The translations under genes were made by a program, and so were the position numbers. Under the pieces are notes generated by a model. It searched no databases. It was not told the DNA's origin and saw only the letters and a program-made list of their open reading frames with translations. Positions 27,815-40,895 of a stretch of DNA of 64,000 nucleotides are shown piece after piece. This DNA comes from Octopus vulgaris (taxonomy: Eukaryota), in NCBI GenBank assembly GCA_951406725.2, contig OX597814.1:98270001-98334000 (forward strand), given 5' to 3'. Every line of letters starts with the position of its first letter. Position 1 is the first letter of the stretch.

Positions 27815-29215
27815 AGATAAAGATAACCAATTTTACTGGGGAAGGTCAGTTTTGGGGTTTGCCCTGAGTTTCCTGTCCATAAAGGCGTATCGTCAGACCC
27901 CAAGACCTGTTGGCCTAAGAGCTGCCAGCGGGTTTAGGGACCCCATCTCCTATATGCCGGAACCCAACAACCGCAGAAAGAAGCGCCGCAGAAATACAAT
28001 TTGGTTTGCATTTCCTTCTCCCTTAACACAATAACACCCGTAGGTAGACTATTCCTTAAATTAATAGACAAGCACTTCTCTAGCTCCCATAGAAACGGGC
28101 ACATCTTCAACAGGTACAATGTTAGGGTATTAAGAGTATCCTAGTTAGCACCCCTAGGCCACTGGAAGAGGAAGGTTGTTCATGTAGGAACCATTACATC
28201 TGCCCAGGAGGAGGCCGCTATGAAACCAAAGAGGTCGTATATCAAGCCGAAGTACGAACGAACCCTGCCAATGCTACCGGCAGGACCAATAGCAGCCGTA
28301 GACACGAGGATAGAACCAACAACAGGGTCAGCAACACTACCCCTATCGGACAACATTGGCAACGTCAACATTAGCAGCACCAATGACACCCCTGACGGCA
28401 CCACTAGCATCAGCAACAGTAACAACACCATCGACGCCAGCCTTACCAAAAGCTTCCCTGATGTTCACAGTAGCAGACCTAACAACGGGTACACTGGCAG
28501 GCCTGATAGCCCCTATTGTAGCAGCGGTAACAGGTCCAGTACCAGCACCAGCTATAACAACAGCAACACCAACGGCACCGGCCCTAGCAGAAGCACCAGC
28601 ACAAACACAGCCAATAACACCTCTGACAGAAGTAGAAGCCCCTCCACCATCGCTGAAGACCACAATAATAATAATAGTAATATCAACAACATTAACTACA
28701 ATATTAGCAACAACAGCACCTCCTCCACATAACTGGCAGCGACGATACCATTACCAATGCCACCTCCACACCCACCTTCAGCAAGATCAACACTAACAGC
28801 CCCGGCTCCAGCAACAGTAATTCCGACGACAGCATCATCAGCAGCACACGCAAGGGCGATAACATTAACGACGCACCCACTACCTCCCGCGGCACCAACG
28901 CCAGCAGCTCCGTCATTAACACTAGTAACTCTAGCGGCACCAATACCAGCAGCCCCGGCACCAACACTGGCAGCCCCAGCTCCAGCCTCATCAACATCAA
29001 CAGCAATAACAGCAGCAACCACAGCAACATCAGCGACGGCAGCAACAATAGCAGTAACAACAATAACAGGTGCAGCATCGACATCGCACGCCCACGGAGA
29101 TGCATTGGATGTACTAGGAAGTCCTTCAAGAGACGCGTTTCCAACCATAAATCCTCCTTCAGGGTCCCGGAAAGGAGATACCTAACATCGCTGGCCAGCC
29201 ACGTCTTTATATAAT
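27815..29215 (+). mobile_element. Penelope-like derivative: antisense hammerhead, PLE linker peptide, then low-complexity tract
   Basis: RRKKRRRNTIWF / SLNTITPVGRLFLKLIDKHFSSSHRNGHIFNRYNVRV resembles the PLE NIIWFNPP...FLKLIDKHF...IFNR segment. Right boundary uncertain. Confidence 0.65.
27853..27902 (-). ncRNA. Hammerhead motif (cleavage site decayed), same family as 15077-15264
   Basis: Minus strand tggggt CTGACGA t acgcctttatggacag GAAAC tcagg GCA a acccca. Confidence 0.6.
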
Positions 29216-29329
29216 AGTTTCACTTTAATAGTTTCAGTATTAAAGTGAAACTATTAAAGTGAAGGCATCTGACATTACAATAGAGAGATGCTTTTGTTTC
29301 ACTTTTAACAGTTAAAACTGAAATAGTGG

Positions 29330-29512
29330 AGAAAATATGATATTGCTGTGGGCTCGCCCTAGGCAAGAAGTTAAATTTCCTTTTGCCCATGACACTACAT
29401 GGACCCTAATTAAGGCATGTGTACATTTTGAATGAAATTGGTTGTGTAGTTCTCAAGTTTTAGGGATTCACACAGACAGACAGACACACATTCTCAGTTT
29501 TATATATATAGA
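29330..29512 (-). mobile_element. Non-autonomous Helitron-like 5' end
   Basis: Minus strand begins a|TCtatatatataaaactgagaatgtgtgtctgtctg, the same terminus style as 33641 and 52539; 3' CTAG not found. Confidence 0.55.
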
Positions 29513-30217
29513 TATATATATACAAGGTGGGTTTAAATTCACAAAGGGTTTAAAATTGGTTGTGCCATTTTGGCGCAAATTGAGGACATACCGAAGCACA
29601 CACATACACACGCACACACAAGCAGACATTTTCAGTTTTAATATGTAAGATGTGTGTGTGCGTGAGTGTATGTGTGTGTGTATGTGTTTGTGTGTGCGCA
29701 CGTGTGTGTACATATATATCTGAATTAATTTTCTCATTGATAAAGTGTTCCACTTCAAGCATTTTTGAACTGTGATATTCTCATAGTTACATGAGTCTTT
29801 ACACCCAATGCGGAGCTATTTCATTACACCTACAATAGGAGTTGTGTTACTTCAACCATCATTAAGTTATTTCATTACAGCCATGGCTGAATTACACTAT
29901 GTCAACCAAATGAGCTGCTTTAAGGGAATATATAATGTATATAGAAAAAGTGAGTAACCACAAACAAAACAAATCGACTTCATCAAGGTCACAATATCTT
30001 TTTCAGTACAAACACCTGTAAGTTATTTCTTTACACTCGATATTGAGATTTAACATTAAAACCAACAACAGGTTGCAATATTACACAAAACACGTTAGCT
30101 CTTATTACAACCAACGCCTGTGTCAATGAACTTATCACCTCTCTATTTTATTGCAATCAACACTGATATTCTAGTCACTACTGATATCTCATTACAACCA
30201 CCCAGGAGGCAATGTTT

Positions 30218-30304
<87 letters not shown>

Positions 30305-30347
30305 GTGTGTGTATACATATATCTGTATGTTTGTGTATATACAGTAT

Positions 30348-30385
<38 letters not shown>

Positions 30386-30396
30386 GTATGGAATGT

Positions 30397-31968
30397 TGAA
30401 AAGGAACACACGAATTGATATATATGGAAAAAGTCAAGGTAGAAAATGTTAAAATACTTTTATAAAAAACATTTCAGTACCATAAAGTAGTTGTATACTG
30501 TCAACTTAATGCGACAGTCCCATAAAGGAAATCATACTACTGCTATTTAGCCCTAGGAAGCAGCAACGCTTCCCGTCGGTCTTGACACATTTCTGTGTCC
30601 TTATGTTTACAAGGGGGAGACAAGCGAAGCCAGCACTTAGGGACGAGATTCTGAGTCTTTCCTCGTTATCAGTCTGGGGTAGCATGGCCTGCTGGTTGGA
30701 GATGCCTATCTAGCTCTTGTAAACATATAAGAAATCTACAAAAATAGAAACAATGCATTTCTAAATATCTCAGAGAGATTTATGCCGTAGTGATACGATA
30801 AAGTAGTTGTATACTGTCAACTTAATATGACAGTCCCATGAAGGGAATCATACTATTGCTATTTAGTCCTAGGAAGCAGCAATGCTTCCTGTCGGCCTTG
30901 ACACATTTCCTGTATACTTATGCTTAGAAGGGGAGACAAGCACCCCCACCCAGCTAAGCCTGCAACCAGAGATTAGTTTTCATAGTATTCAAATACAAGG
31001 GGCATGTTCCTTGTTTCTGCCTGTCTCTGTCTCTCTTATTTACTCTTGTAGGGGATTATTTCTATTTGTGTAATATGCATCAAGTTTTACATTATTAAAA
31101 GTTGATATATGCTTAAATAGGTTTTTGGTTACCGAAAATCCAATCCTTATTATTTTATTATTAATTATAGTACTATATCTATTAGAAGTGAAATGCTTAT
31201 CTATGATAGAACGAATTACTCGGATAAGGTTAGTTCTTATCATTTTGCCGTATGGTAAGATAAGCCAGATATTATCATCCTTTTTATTGAGGCATTTCAC
31301 GTTGTTTTCGTGTGTATGTTTTATATATGGAAGATGTTACGTTTTAAGGATTTTTTTTAGTTTTCTTTTATTGTTTAGTCTGTAGTTAGGTCCATGTTGA
31401 TTGTAATTCATATTTATATTATCGTTATGATTGCAATTATTTCTATTTCTATGATTATGCTTATTAATGTTAATTTTCGGTTCATTTGTATTTATTATAA
31501 TCAAGTCTTCATTTACCTTGTTATTTGTCTGTGGGTTATCATTATGTGTGTCTAATTTAATTTTCTGTTTGTATCCTGCCTTAGCTAATGCTGAGTTATA
31601 ATAATCTTTATTTATATTAAAAATTTTTTGACTAGATGAAAGGTAATTAATTCTACGTTGAATATTTTTAACTAAGCAATTTGTGATTGTTTTATGATGA
31701 TAACTTTCTAAAATGGAAAATATCCCTTGCATTTGAAAGCTATGAAAATATTTTTTAAAAATACATTTCATTTAATTTAAAATTATAATAAAATAATAAA
31801 ATAAGAAGGATTGGATTTTCGGTAATTATTTTTCATACTTTACACTAAGTTGAAAAAGTCGCAATGACTGAAACCGGTACTAAAATGTTCTTCATGGTAA
31901 AATTATTTTAGCATTTTCTACCTTGTCTTATTTTCCTTATACATATCAATTCGCGTGTTCCTTTTCAT
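30397..31968 (-). mobile_element. Penelope-like element remnant bracketed by inverted terminal segments
   Basis: Minus ORFs: YHHKTITNCLVKNIQRRINYLSSSQKIFN...YNSALAKAGY and NIWLILPYGK...IIDKHF...IRIGFSVTKNL. 30397-30481 is inverted vs 31876-31966; 30482-30630 is duplicated at 30798-30945. Confidence 0.8.
31848..31881 (+). ncRNA. Minimal hammerhead with U3-A8 core (UUGAAAA)
   Basis: ag TTGAAAA agtc gcaat gact GAAA ccg GTA ct; perfect stem II, palindromic stem III ACCGGT, stem I only 2 bp. Confidence 0.6.
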
Positions 31969-32001
31969 CCCTCTCTCTTTCTCTCTCTAGACACAGACAC
32001 A

Positions 32002-32067
<66 letters not shown>

Positions 32068-32422
32068 CATCATTGACTCAAAGGTCAAGAGTTTCATGAA
32101 TTTTACTCAGTCTTTTAGCCTTTTAAGGCAAGAACAAGTGATCATAGCAATCTTCTTGCCTCCAGACTATCAGTCTTTGTTTCTCATAATGACATGCCAG
32201 TTTCGGAAAATGCTTGATTATTGAGGTCATTGCCCCTCCTCTTTAAAAATTCTAATTACAAACAGAAAACTATTTGTTTCACATTCTCTGGAACTGGAGA
32301 TGATTTCAGCATATCAGGATTATACTTTACGTGTTATTTGACATTCCCTCATTCGGTTTTGTTGTTCAAATATATGTCCCTAACCACTGAGTCATTTCTT
32401 TAAGGTAATTTTACACTTCGTA

Positions 32423-32471
<49 letters not shown>

Positions 32472-32718
32472 ATGTGTGTGTGTATGCGTTTGGACATAGG
32501 TGGATTTTTATAGACACGCAGGTGTTTCCATCTGTCTATTCTGCAGGTAGCATTGGTCTACCTATGTAAATATATAATATAATCTTGTATTGCAGTATAT
32601 GCATGTTTATACGTACATACATATATATGTGTGTGTTTATTTACACACCCAGACCATCCCTCAGACACACACATATACACATATACCAACACACACGTAT
32701 ATGCATGTAAATAAATAC

Positions 32719-32804
<86 letters not shown>

Positions 32805-33013
32805 GCATATGTACTTGCCTGCACATATATAAATATGCTCATACATGAATGTGGGTACGTGTCTCACGGGTAGCCTTCACATTTTTCTATCCCAAAGAAT
32901 TTTTCTGTTCAGCATTTACATGCTTATATTTATAGTATTTAGGTGCTTCGAGATCCAGTTTTCTCAAATAATTATAGAATTACATATATACATATATACA
33001 TATATATATACAT

Positions 33014-33101
<88 letters not shown>

Positions 33102-33254
33102 GTCTCCATCCAGCCACATATATATATCCACAGACACACACGCACAAATCTTAGTTGTGAAGTTTGTGTTAAGTCAGACGAAAATACCTTTTCTGCACAT
33201 TATATGTCTGTGGACAAACAAAAGTAGGACCAACCAGATGTATTTTATGTACAA

Positions 33255-33641
33255 CTAGCAGTATCGCCCGGCGTTGCTCAGGTTTGTAAGGGAAATAACT
33301 ATAAAGCATTTTTAGAGAGTTATAGCCAAAAAATAGCAAAAAAATGGAAAAAAATTATGGTAAATTTTTTTTTTGAGAGTAAAAAAAGGTTGAGTTGCGT
33401 CCCCTAGACAGTCTGTGGTTTGTTTTTTTTTATTCTCGACCCCATGTCGAATTTATCGATTTTTTCAGAACTGGGGTTAACTTTTCAAAATTTTCGCTGC
33501 GTTAGTTTTGAATTATGACATTGGGCTATGTGTGTGTCAAGTTTCATCAGAATCGGTTGAAAGCCGTGGTCAGGGTGAGGGTACGAGAAAACAGACACAC
33601 AGAAACACGCACAGACAAACTGCCGTTTATATATAGAGAGA
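33255..33641 (-). mobile_element. Complete non-autonomous Helitron (387 bp)
   Basis: Minus strand starts TC (tctctctatatataaacggc), ends with a GC-rich hairpin and CTAG, sits between host A and T, no TSD. Confidence 0.85.
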
Positions 33642-33713
33642 TTTAACCGTCAAAGAAGATACGACTGATATGTTCGCTATTAATAAGTCATAATAATAAA
33701 AATAATAATAATA

Positions 33714-33809
<96 letters not shown>

Positions 33810-33811
33810 TT

Positions 33812-34285
33812 AAGGCCAACAGAACAGATATAGTTGTCAGAGATCATGAAGAAAAAAATGCTTTCTAATTGATGTATCAATACCGGCAGATGACAACGTG
33901 TCTCTAAAAGAAATGGAGAAACTTTCAAAATACAAAGACCTGGAAATAGAGGTAACCAGAATGTAGAATCTAAAAACAGAAACAATTCCTATCATAGAGG
34001 TAACCAGAATGTGGAATCTAAAAACAGAAACAATTCCTATCATAGTAGGTGCATTAGGCATGATAAAAAAATATTCAGACAAATACATAACAAAAACACC
34101 AGGACTTACAAACACATATAACATACAGAAAATTGCACTACTAGGCACTGCACACATCCTACGCAGAACACTTTCCATACAATAACCATCAGAGTATCAC
34201 AACAAATCACAGCACATATCTAAGGCACACAGAGCTGCGCTCGGTAGTGAAGTGAAAGCACGCTATAAAAATAAAACTACTGAAT
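33812..34285 (+). mobile_element. 5'-truncated R4/Dong-type non-LTR retrotransposon (RLE domain and 3' UTR)
   Basis: ANRTDIVV...CFLIDVSIPADDNVSLKEMEKLSKYKDL...IPIIVGALG...IQKIALLGTAHILRRTL; (TAA)n on both sides. Confidence 0.88.
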
Positions 34286-34304
34286 GATAATAATAATAAT
34301 AAGT

Positions 34305-35970
34305 CAGATGCTGAAGCAGCAAGAAAAATTCTGGGCAGAAATATGGAGCGAAGAACCCCAACATAATATAAAAACAGACTGGTTGCGGGAATTACAAGAG
34401 AAATGGAAGGTGGAGTGAATTAAGAACACATAATTACAGGAAGGCTTACGACAGTGTTCCTCACTGCTGGCTATTGTAGTAACCAAGAACGCTCGGAGTC
34501 AATAAGATTATAAATAGCTTTATGAAAAAATAACTATGAGAGTGTGTCAAGTAGAATTGATATGTGATAATGAATCGCTACGAAGCGTGAAAATTCATAG
34601 GGGCATTTTCCAGGGAGACTTACTTCTCCGCTACGTCGTTGTTAATCACCCTGAGAAATGTACTGAGAAAATCCAGGCTTGCATATGAGTTTATTAAAAC
34701 CAAGGTGAAAATAATTTCCTGCTTTTTGTGAGAAAGTCCTGGAGTCTCTGATCCAAACAGTAAGAGTTTTCAGCAAGTATATTGAAATGCGGTCTTGGGT
34801 AAATAAGTGTGCAGTGTTAATTATGAAGAGAGGGTGGAAGATAATCTCCGAATGGTATAAAATTAGCATCATTAGATCGCTATGGAATAATAAGGGATAC
34901 AAATAATAAGACGATAAGATTATGGACGGAGAAATGAGAGAAAAGTGTCTTAAGAGCACGAGAGAATAATTAGGAAGGTTCTCGAAACAAAATTAAATGG
35001 AGAGATTATAATTAAAGGAATAAATACATGAGCTATGCCAATATTAATATACACTGCTCTCTTTCTGAAATGGATAAAGGTTGAGCTACAGAACTTGGAT
35101 AGAAGAACTAAAAAACTGTTCACAATGCACAATGCACTGTGTAAGAGTGCACTGGGATGTTAGCCAAGTGTGTGGCTTTGCAACAACATCGAAGGTTGTA
35201 TGGACACGAACCAGAGGCTGTTATGATAGAAAAGAAGAAAACAAGACCTTATGAGACTTCCTCATAAAGACTGACGGTATTACTACTGAAACAAGAAAAA
35301 GCAGGTTTTATCATAGAGAACAAAATAAACAGTGTAAGATCATGGATTTGAAATTCCCTGATAACAGAGTCAATACCAAAGAAGTGAAATAGACGTACCT
35401 GTGTGGTAAGAAGCTTGCTTCCCAACCACGTGGTTCCGGGTTCAATCCTTCTGCGCGGAACCTTGGGTAAATGTCTTCTACTATAGCCTCGGGCAGATCA
35501 AAGCCTTGTGAGTGGATTGGTAGACGGAAGATGAAAGAAGCCCGTCATATGTGTGTGTGTGTATTTGTTTGTTTATGCCTGTGTTTGTCCCTTTCCACCG
35601 CTTGATAATCAATGTTGGTTTGTTTATGGTGTGTAATTTAGCGGTCCGGCAAAAAGAGGCTGATATGATAAGTACCAGGCTTAAAAATATAAGGCATATG
35701 GTCGATTTGTTCGACTAAAACCCTTGAATGCATAGCCGCAGTCAGGTGACTGAAACACGTCAAAGATCCTCCAAAGAGCCGAAGAGACTGTGGAAGACTA
35801 AGACAACAGTTATTCTTGTGGTAATTGGTGCACTTGGCACAACACCCAAAATGCTACCTAAGAAACTGAAAGAGATTGGAACCGAGGCTCGTATTGTCGA
35901 CCTGCTGAAAGTGCCATTTTATATTCTGCAAGGATTTTGGGAGAGATTCTTGAGATTTGAAGAGAATTAG
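34305..35970 (+). mobile_element. Older, internally deleted R4/Dong-type LINE interrupted by a SINE
   Basis: Peptides FWAEIWSE, RGIFQGD, NKCAVLIMKRG, KGINT*A..I..Y....W...EL..LDRRTKKLFTMHNAL, and VILVVIGALGT. Confidence 0.8.
35397..35757 (+). mobile_element. SINE family A
   Basis: Homology to the other family-A copies. Confidence 0.85.
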
Positions 35971-35990
35971 TTGTCACCAAACCGTAACAT

Positions 35991-36318
35991 GTGGAGGCGC
36001 AATGCCCAGTAGTTAGGGCAGCGGACTCGCAGTTGGAGGATCGCGGTTTCGATTCCCAGACTGGGTGTTGTATGTACTTATTGAGCGAAAACACCTAAAG
36101 CTCCACGAGGCGCCGGCAGGGGGTGGTGGAGATCCCTGTTGTACTCTTTCGCCCCAACTTTCTCTCACTCTTTCTTCCTGTTTCTTGAGTAACGCTGCGA
36201 TGGACTGGCATTCCGTCAAGCTGGGTGGGTGGACTACATACGTCACAGAAACCGGGAAACCGGGAAACCGGGCCCATGAGCCTGGTTAGGCTTGAAAAGG
36301 GCGCATAAATACATAAAT
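35991..36318 (+). mobile_element. tRNA-derived SINE family C (V-domain-like) with 12-bp TSD
   Basis: TSD aaaccgtaacat at 35979-35990 and 36319-36330; tRNA-like head (ggtttcgattcc); gcgatggactggc segment; (taaa)-type tail. Confidence 0.88.
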
Positions 36319-36419
36319 AAACCGTAACATAATATTCATGCTAAATAATTAGTATGTACTAGTGCTTGTCAGTTGCTTCACCTTAACCAATTAAGCATGT
36401 ATAATAACAGAGGGTTTAT

Positions 36420-36690
36420 TGAAAGCAACAAGGGACTACGCAACAAAGAACTAGGCAATCAATTCCACATAGTCACAACTGAAGTTGCTGAAAAACAGAT
36501 GGGACTGGCTGAAGAAAGGGGCATTGAAAAAAGGGACAGTGAAAAGGAGATTGCGAACACCATACTTATAGCGCAAGGCCAAGCTTTGGCCATAAATTGG
36601 AGGGTCAACCTTAGGACTGAGCAAATGTCTCCACTGTGCTGCATCGGTAACAGAGTGGACGAAACCATTGCCTATATTGAGAACGAATTC
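36420..36690 (+). mobile_element. R4/Dong-type LINE fragment (zinc-knuckle region)
   Basis: KRDSEK...IAQGQALAINW...SPLCCIGNRVDETIAYI resembles the AAQEQAL...CRxC...ETIxHI segment. Confidence 0.6.
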
Positions 36691-36829
36691 ACCTCGTCCA
36701 CTTCTCCCATATAAAATACGTAACCTCCTGTTCTCAATTATTCGTCCTCGATGTCTCTGTAGCCGTGACCGTGAATGTGAGACACAATTTCAGTATATGA
36801 ACTAACACTTCCCTCGACGAGGATTACCT

Positions 36830-37070
36830 CCACCTGAGTGCAACCCGCCCTCACCCTTGTTCATGAAGTCGACCACACCTCTACCCTCTTCCTTGCGTCC
36901 ACCTCCCTCAAATTCCTTTCCTTCCCTCTTACCTACCACCCTCTTATACTACCTGCTCAGCGGATTATTCTACATTTATTCCAAGTCCTCCGGTCCATTC
37001 CCTCCACTTCTCCTACATAACCTGCGCTTATACCTGTCTTTTTCGATGCTTAAAATGCTCTCTCGACAAC
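36830..37070 (+). mobile_element. Penelope-like fragment related to 2960-3650
   Basis: ALTLVHEVD...PLTYHPLILPAQRIIL..FQVLRS parallels the 3010-3210 peptide. Confidence 0.6.
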
Positions 37071-37162
37071 TCAATTTATATATTTATGAATGAAGAAAAG
37101 AATCTCGCTCATTATGTCTCTCCTCTCTCTCCCCCTCTCTCTCCTTCTCTGTCTCTCTCTCT

Positions 37163-37203
<41 letters not shown>

Positions 37204-37397
37204 CACACATACACAAGGTGGACCAGACGACGATTGCCTGGCCGCTTAGCTCCCCGCTGTTGCGTGACATTTCCGTGTCTCTGCTACAGACACGTATTAA
37301 TCTTTCATTTTTCAAACAACCACTCCTCATTTATTTAATTACTACACTCTTTTCCTATAGCCGCGCACGCACATCATCACGCACATGACACTCACGC

Positions 37398-37469
<72 letters not shown>

Positions 37470-38360
37470 CTATATTCACATGCATTCAGACAATCAAATA
37501 CACCCACAAATGTCCAACGTTTTGCTCAAGCACGTAGTCACAACATGAAGACACACATAATAGCAAATACACACACATAATATCATATATACACACATAA
37601 TAGCATACACACACACTCTCCACTTATTTCTGCCATACCTCCCTCCATCAACATACCACTCAAATCGCACATAGCTCAGAGTCAATTACACACATACATA
37701 AATGACACATACACACTCGTATGAGGCTTATACGACATCAATCATTCTTTATACGCGCACAGTTATATATGCAAGGTTCAAGCAATCCATAGAACAACCC
37801 AGGAGCATTCATTATAACACAATAATAGATACACTCACAGCAAAAATGAGATACACACACACACAAACACACATACACACACACATACACACACACATAC
37901 ACACACACAGAGAATGGCCTATACATACACATATTCACTCCCCATAATACCATCACATTTAACGCAGCTAACGTAGATACGCTCATACGTAGTCACACGC
38001 ACGCGGACTCATATAAACACTTCCAAGACCAATATCCATACGTACATCCGTATATGTTACTTATCCCACTCCAGACTGGGCTCACATAGTACACATTAAC
38101 ACTGAAAGTATGTACATAAATTCGTGCACATATACACACGCGTGTGCACATAACATACTAATACAACCATACAGGGATTTGTACACAAAGGTTTCCACTC
38201 ACTGGTTTACAATGGAAACTCTAACACCCAAAAAGAAACAGAAACACACAGACACACGCACACACAAGCATTATACACTTTCGAGCTCATGCACACTTCA
38301 TAACTACACACCTGTATTAAGCCCAATATATATATTATACGCATATGTATATATATATAT

Positions 38361-38630
38361 TCTACATCGAGTGAAAAACGGGATGGACGCTTTGGTTTTG
38401 TTTTGGTGCCTAGCTCTCTTGTACACGACTATGATGATTTGCATCCCCAACGTAAATCGTCTTTTTCCCAAGCTTATAATGTAATGCATGTCCTTGAAGT
38501 AGTAATTGTACGCGGCTGAAGAAGGCTATTGACATACAAATTACATCAATTATGCATTGATATAAACCGTCTAATAAAAGCCAGAAACATATGTACTGCT
38601 AAATCCTTTGCATCATGTTTTTATTTTGAT
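38361..38630 (+). mobile_element. Diverged monomer of the 21613-22116 palindrome unit
   Basis: Starts tctacat like the palindrome centre and ends gcatcatgtttttattttgat like the arm end; (TA)n flanks. Confidence 0.85.
38512..38599 (+). ncRNA. Type I hammerhead ribozyme motif
   Basis: gcgg CTGAAGA a ggct...agcc a GAAA catat GTA ctgc. Confidence 0.75.
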
Positions 38631-38787
38631 AAATATATATATTATATTATATTAAATTAGAGATAAAACCACTATTAGGCAAATCAAACAATGAAAAACT
38701 TAAGCCAATACATAAAATTAATTAATTTAAATTATTTTAAATATATATCAAAAGCATTAAAAGATTAATAAAAGATAATGATTAAAG

Positions 38788-38854
38788 CACTACGATCGTT
38801 TCATGGCTGTCCAATTCGTAATAATTCGAGTTATGGTTAATCAATCTTCAGGTG
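38788..38854 (-). ncRNA. Type I hammerhead ribozyme motif
   Basis: Minus strand cac CTGAAGA t tgatt...agcca t GAAA cgatc GTA gtg; palindromic stem III ACGATCGT. Confidence 0.7.
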
Positions 38855-39156
38855 ATTGAAATATCAGACTTTATATTCAATAAACCATTAAATATTTATT
38901 AAAAATATATTTAGTAATAAAATATTTAGTAATAAAATGAACAACTATATATATCTAACTATAATTAAAAACAGAACCTAAATAACTAAGATAAACTAAT
39001 ATAAAATGTACTACAAATCACCATATATATACTATTACATAAAACAACAAATAGGGAGCTAATTAAGGCTAAGAAATATATATTTATCAAGAAATTTATT
39101 ATATAAGTAATTATATATGTAAAGTAACTTGTGCCTGCATTTTATTTTGCGCTCAT

Positions 39157-39201
<45 letters not shown>

Positions 39202-39287
39202 GTATGTATATATATATATATATATACATACATATATATACATATATATATATATATACATATATACATATACATATATATATATAC

Positions 39288-39370
<83 letters not shown>

Positions 39371-39516
39371 CATACATACATATATATATATACGTACATA
39401 TACACACACACATACATATATGGGGAGAATTCACAAAAAAAAAAACCAAAAGACGAAGACAGGTGGTGTGGACAAGAAAAAGATGTGTTAGTATAACGCT
39501 CGGGGAGTGAAAAAGT

Positions 39517-39552
39517 CTTTAACGATTCGATGCTACGCTCTTTCACAGAAAG
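39517..39552 (-). ncRNA. Strongly decayed minimal hammerhead-like motif
   Basis: Minus strand cttt CTGTGAA agagc gta gcatc GAATC gt TA aag; several core changes. Confidence 0.35.
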
Positions 39553-39634
39553 GAACACAGAAAGAAACAAGAAGAGAAAATAAATGTGTAGTGGCCAGCG
39601 ATTTATACATACATACATATATATATAGATATGC

Positions 39635-39692
<58 letters not shown>

Positions 39693-39821
39693 CATACATA
39701 AATACATACATACATAAATGCATACATACCAGAAAGTTTATTGATTATCACAATTGTTTCGACTCATCTTGGGAACCTGCTTTATTAGAAAACTACCAGG
39801 TGTATACCATACGATTTATTA

Positions 39822-39861
<40 letters not shown>

Positions 39862-39863
<2 letters not shown>

Positions 39864-40087
39864 CCTTTCCACTATAGGTTCAAAACCTGGAATTTGATGG
39901 GAGGGGGATGATCGGTTATATCGACACCGGTATTTGATTTGTACTTAATTTATCAAACCCGAAAGGATGAAAAGCAAAGTCGACCCCGGTGGAATTTGAA
40001 CTGAAAACATGAAGACTGACGTAATATCGCTTAGTATCCCGCTTAGTATATCGCCCGGCGTGCTAACGATTCTGCCAACACGCTGCT
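39862..40087 (-). mobile_element. SINE family B flanked by (TAA)n
   Basis: Homology to 20820-21035. Confidence 0.82.
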
Positions 40088-40169
<82 letters not shown>

Positions 40170-40363
40170 GATATATATATATGCACACACATACATACTG
40201 GATTGAAAATGAATTGACTAACACTGACGACAGAAACGCACATACACGTACTTCTTAGTAGCACCCGGATACACACACAAACATACACACATACACACAC
40301 ACACGCGCGCGCGCATATACATACATATACACATGCATAGGTGCATAATCTACACAAATTATG

Positions 40364-40403
<40 letters not shown>

Positions 40404-40410
<7 letters not shown>

Positions 40411-40829
40411 CATAGTTTCTCTGGTAAGTACGTAACTTCTCTCCTCTTCTGCCACTTGCGGTCATACAACCTCTACTATTTTTAAGACCCGACACAGCCA
40501 AAATACATTTCTTCATTACATTTTCTTTTTAAACTTTTCTTCTTGTACACTTTTCATTCGAGCTATCTAACTTTCTGAAGGAGGACCTGAAGCCCGAAAC
40601 GTCAAAGACATTTTAGTTTTCTGGAGAAATACTTCCATGAAAGGGGAATTTAACCCTCCATCAATTAATTTGGATAACAAAAAATGATAAAAGTATAACA
40701 AAAACTGCTTTGAGATCAGATATTTGCTATGTGTACCTTTAGCGATATCTACTAACAGAATACTCTTCGTCGCTACTCTCATACGCTTTCTCATAATTAT
40801 GTTACATTGCATGTACGAATATTCCTTCG

Positions 40830-40895
<66 letters not shown>

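Noticed and set aside
28220-29185. Mucin-like or Ser/Thr/Ala-rich host gene
   Set aside because: Several frames on both strands are open because of triplet low complexity, no frame spans the tract, and it follows PLE sequence. Kept only as a low-interest finding.
35991-36065. tRNA genes at SINE heads
   Set aside because: The heads run into SINE bodies and tails, with a TSD here; no complete cloverleaf could be folded.
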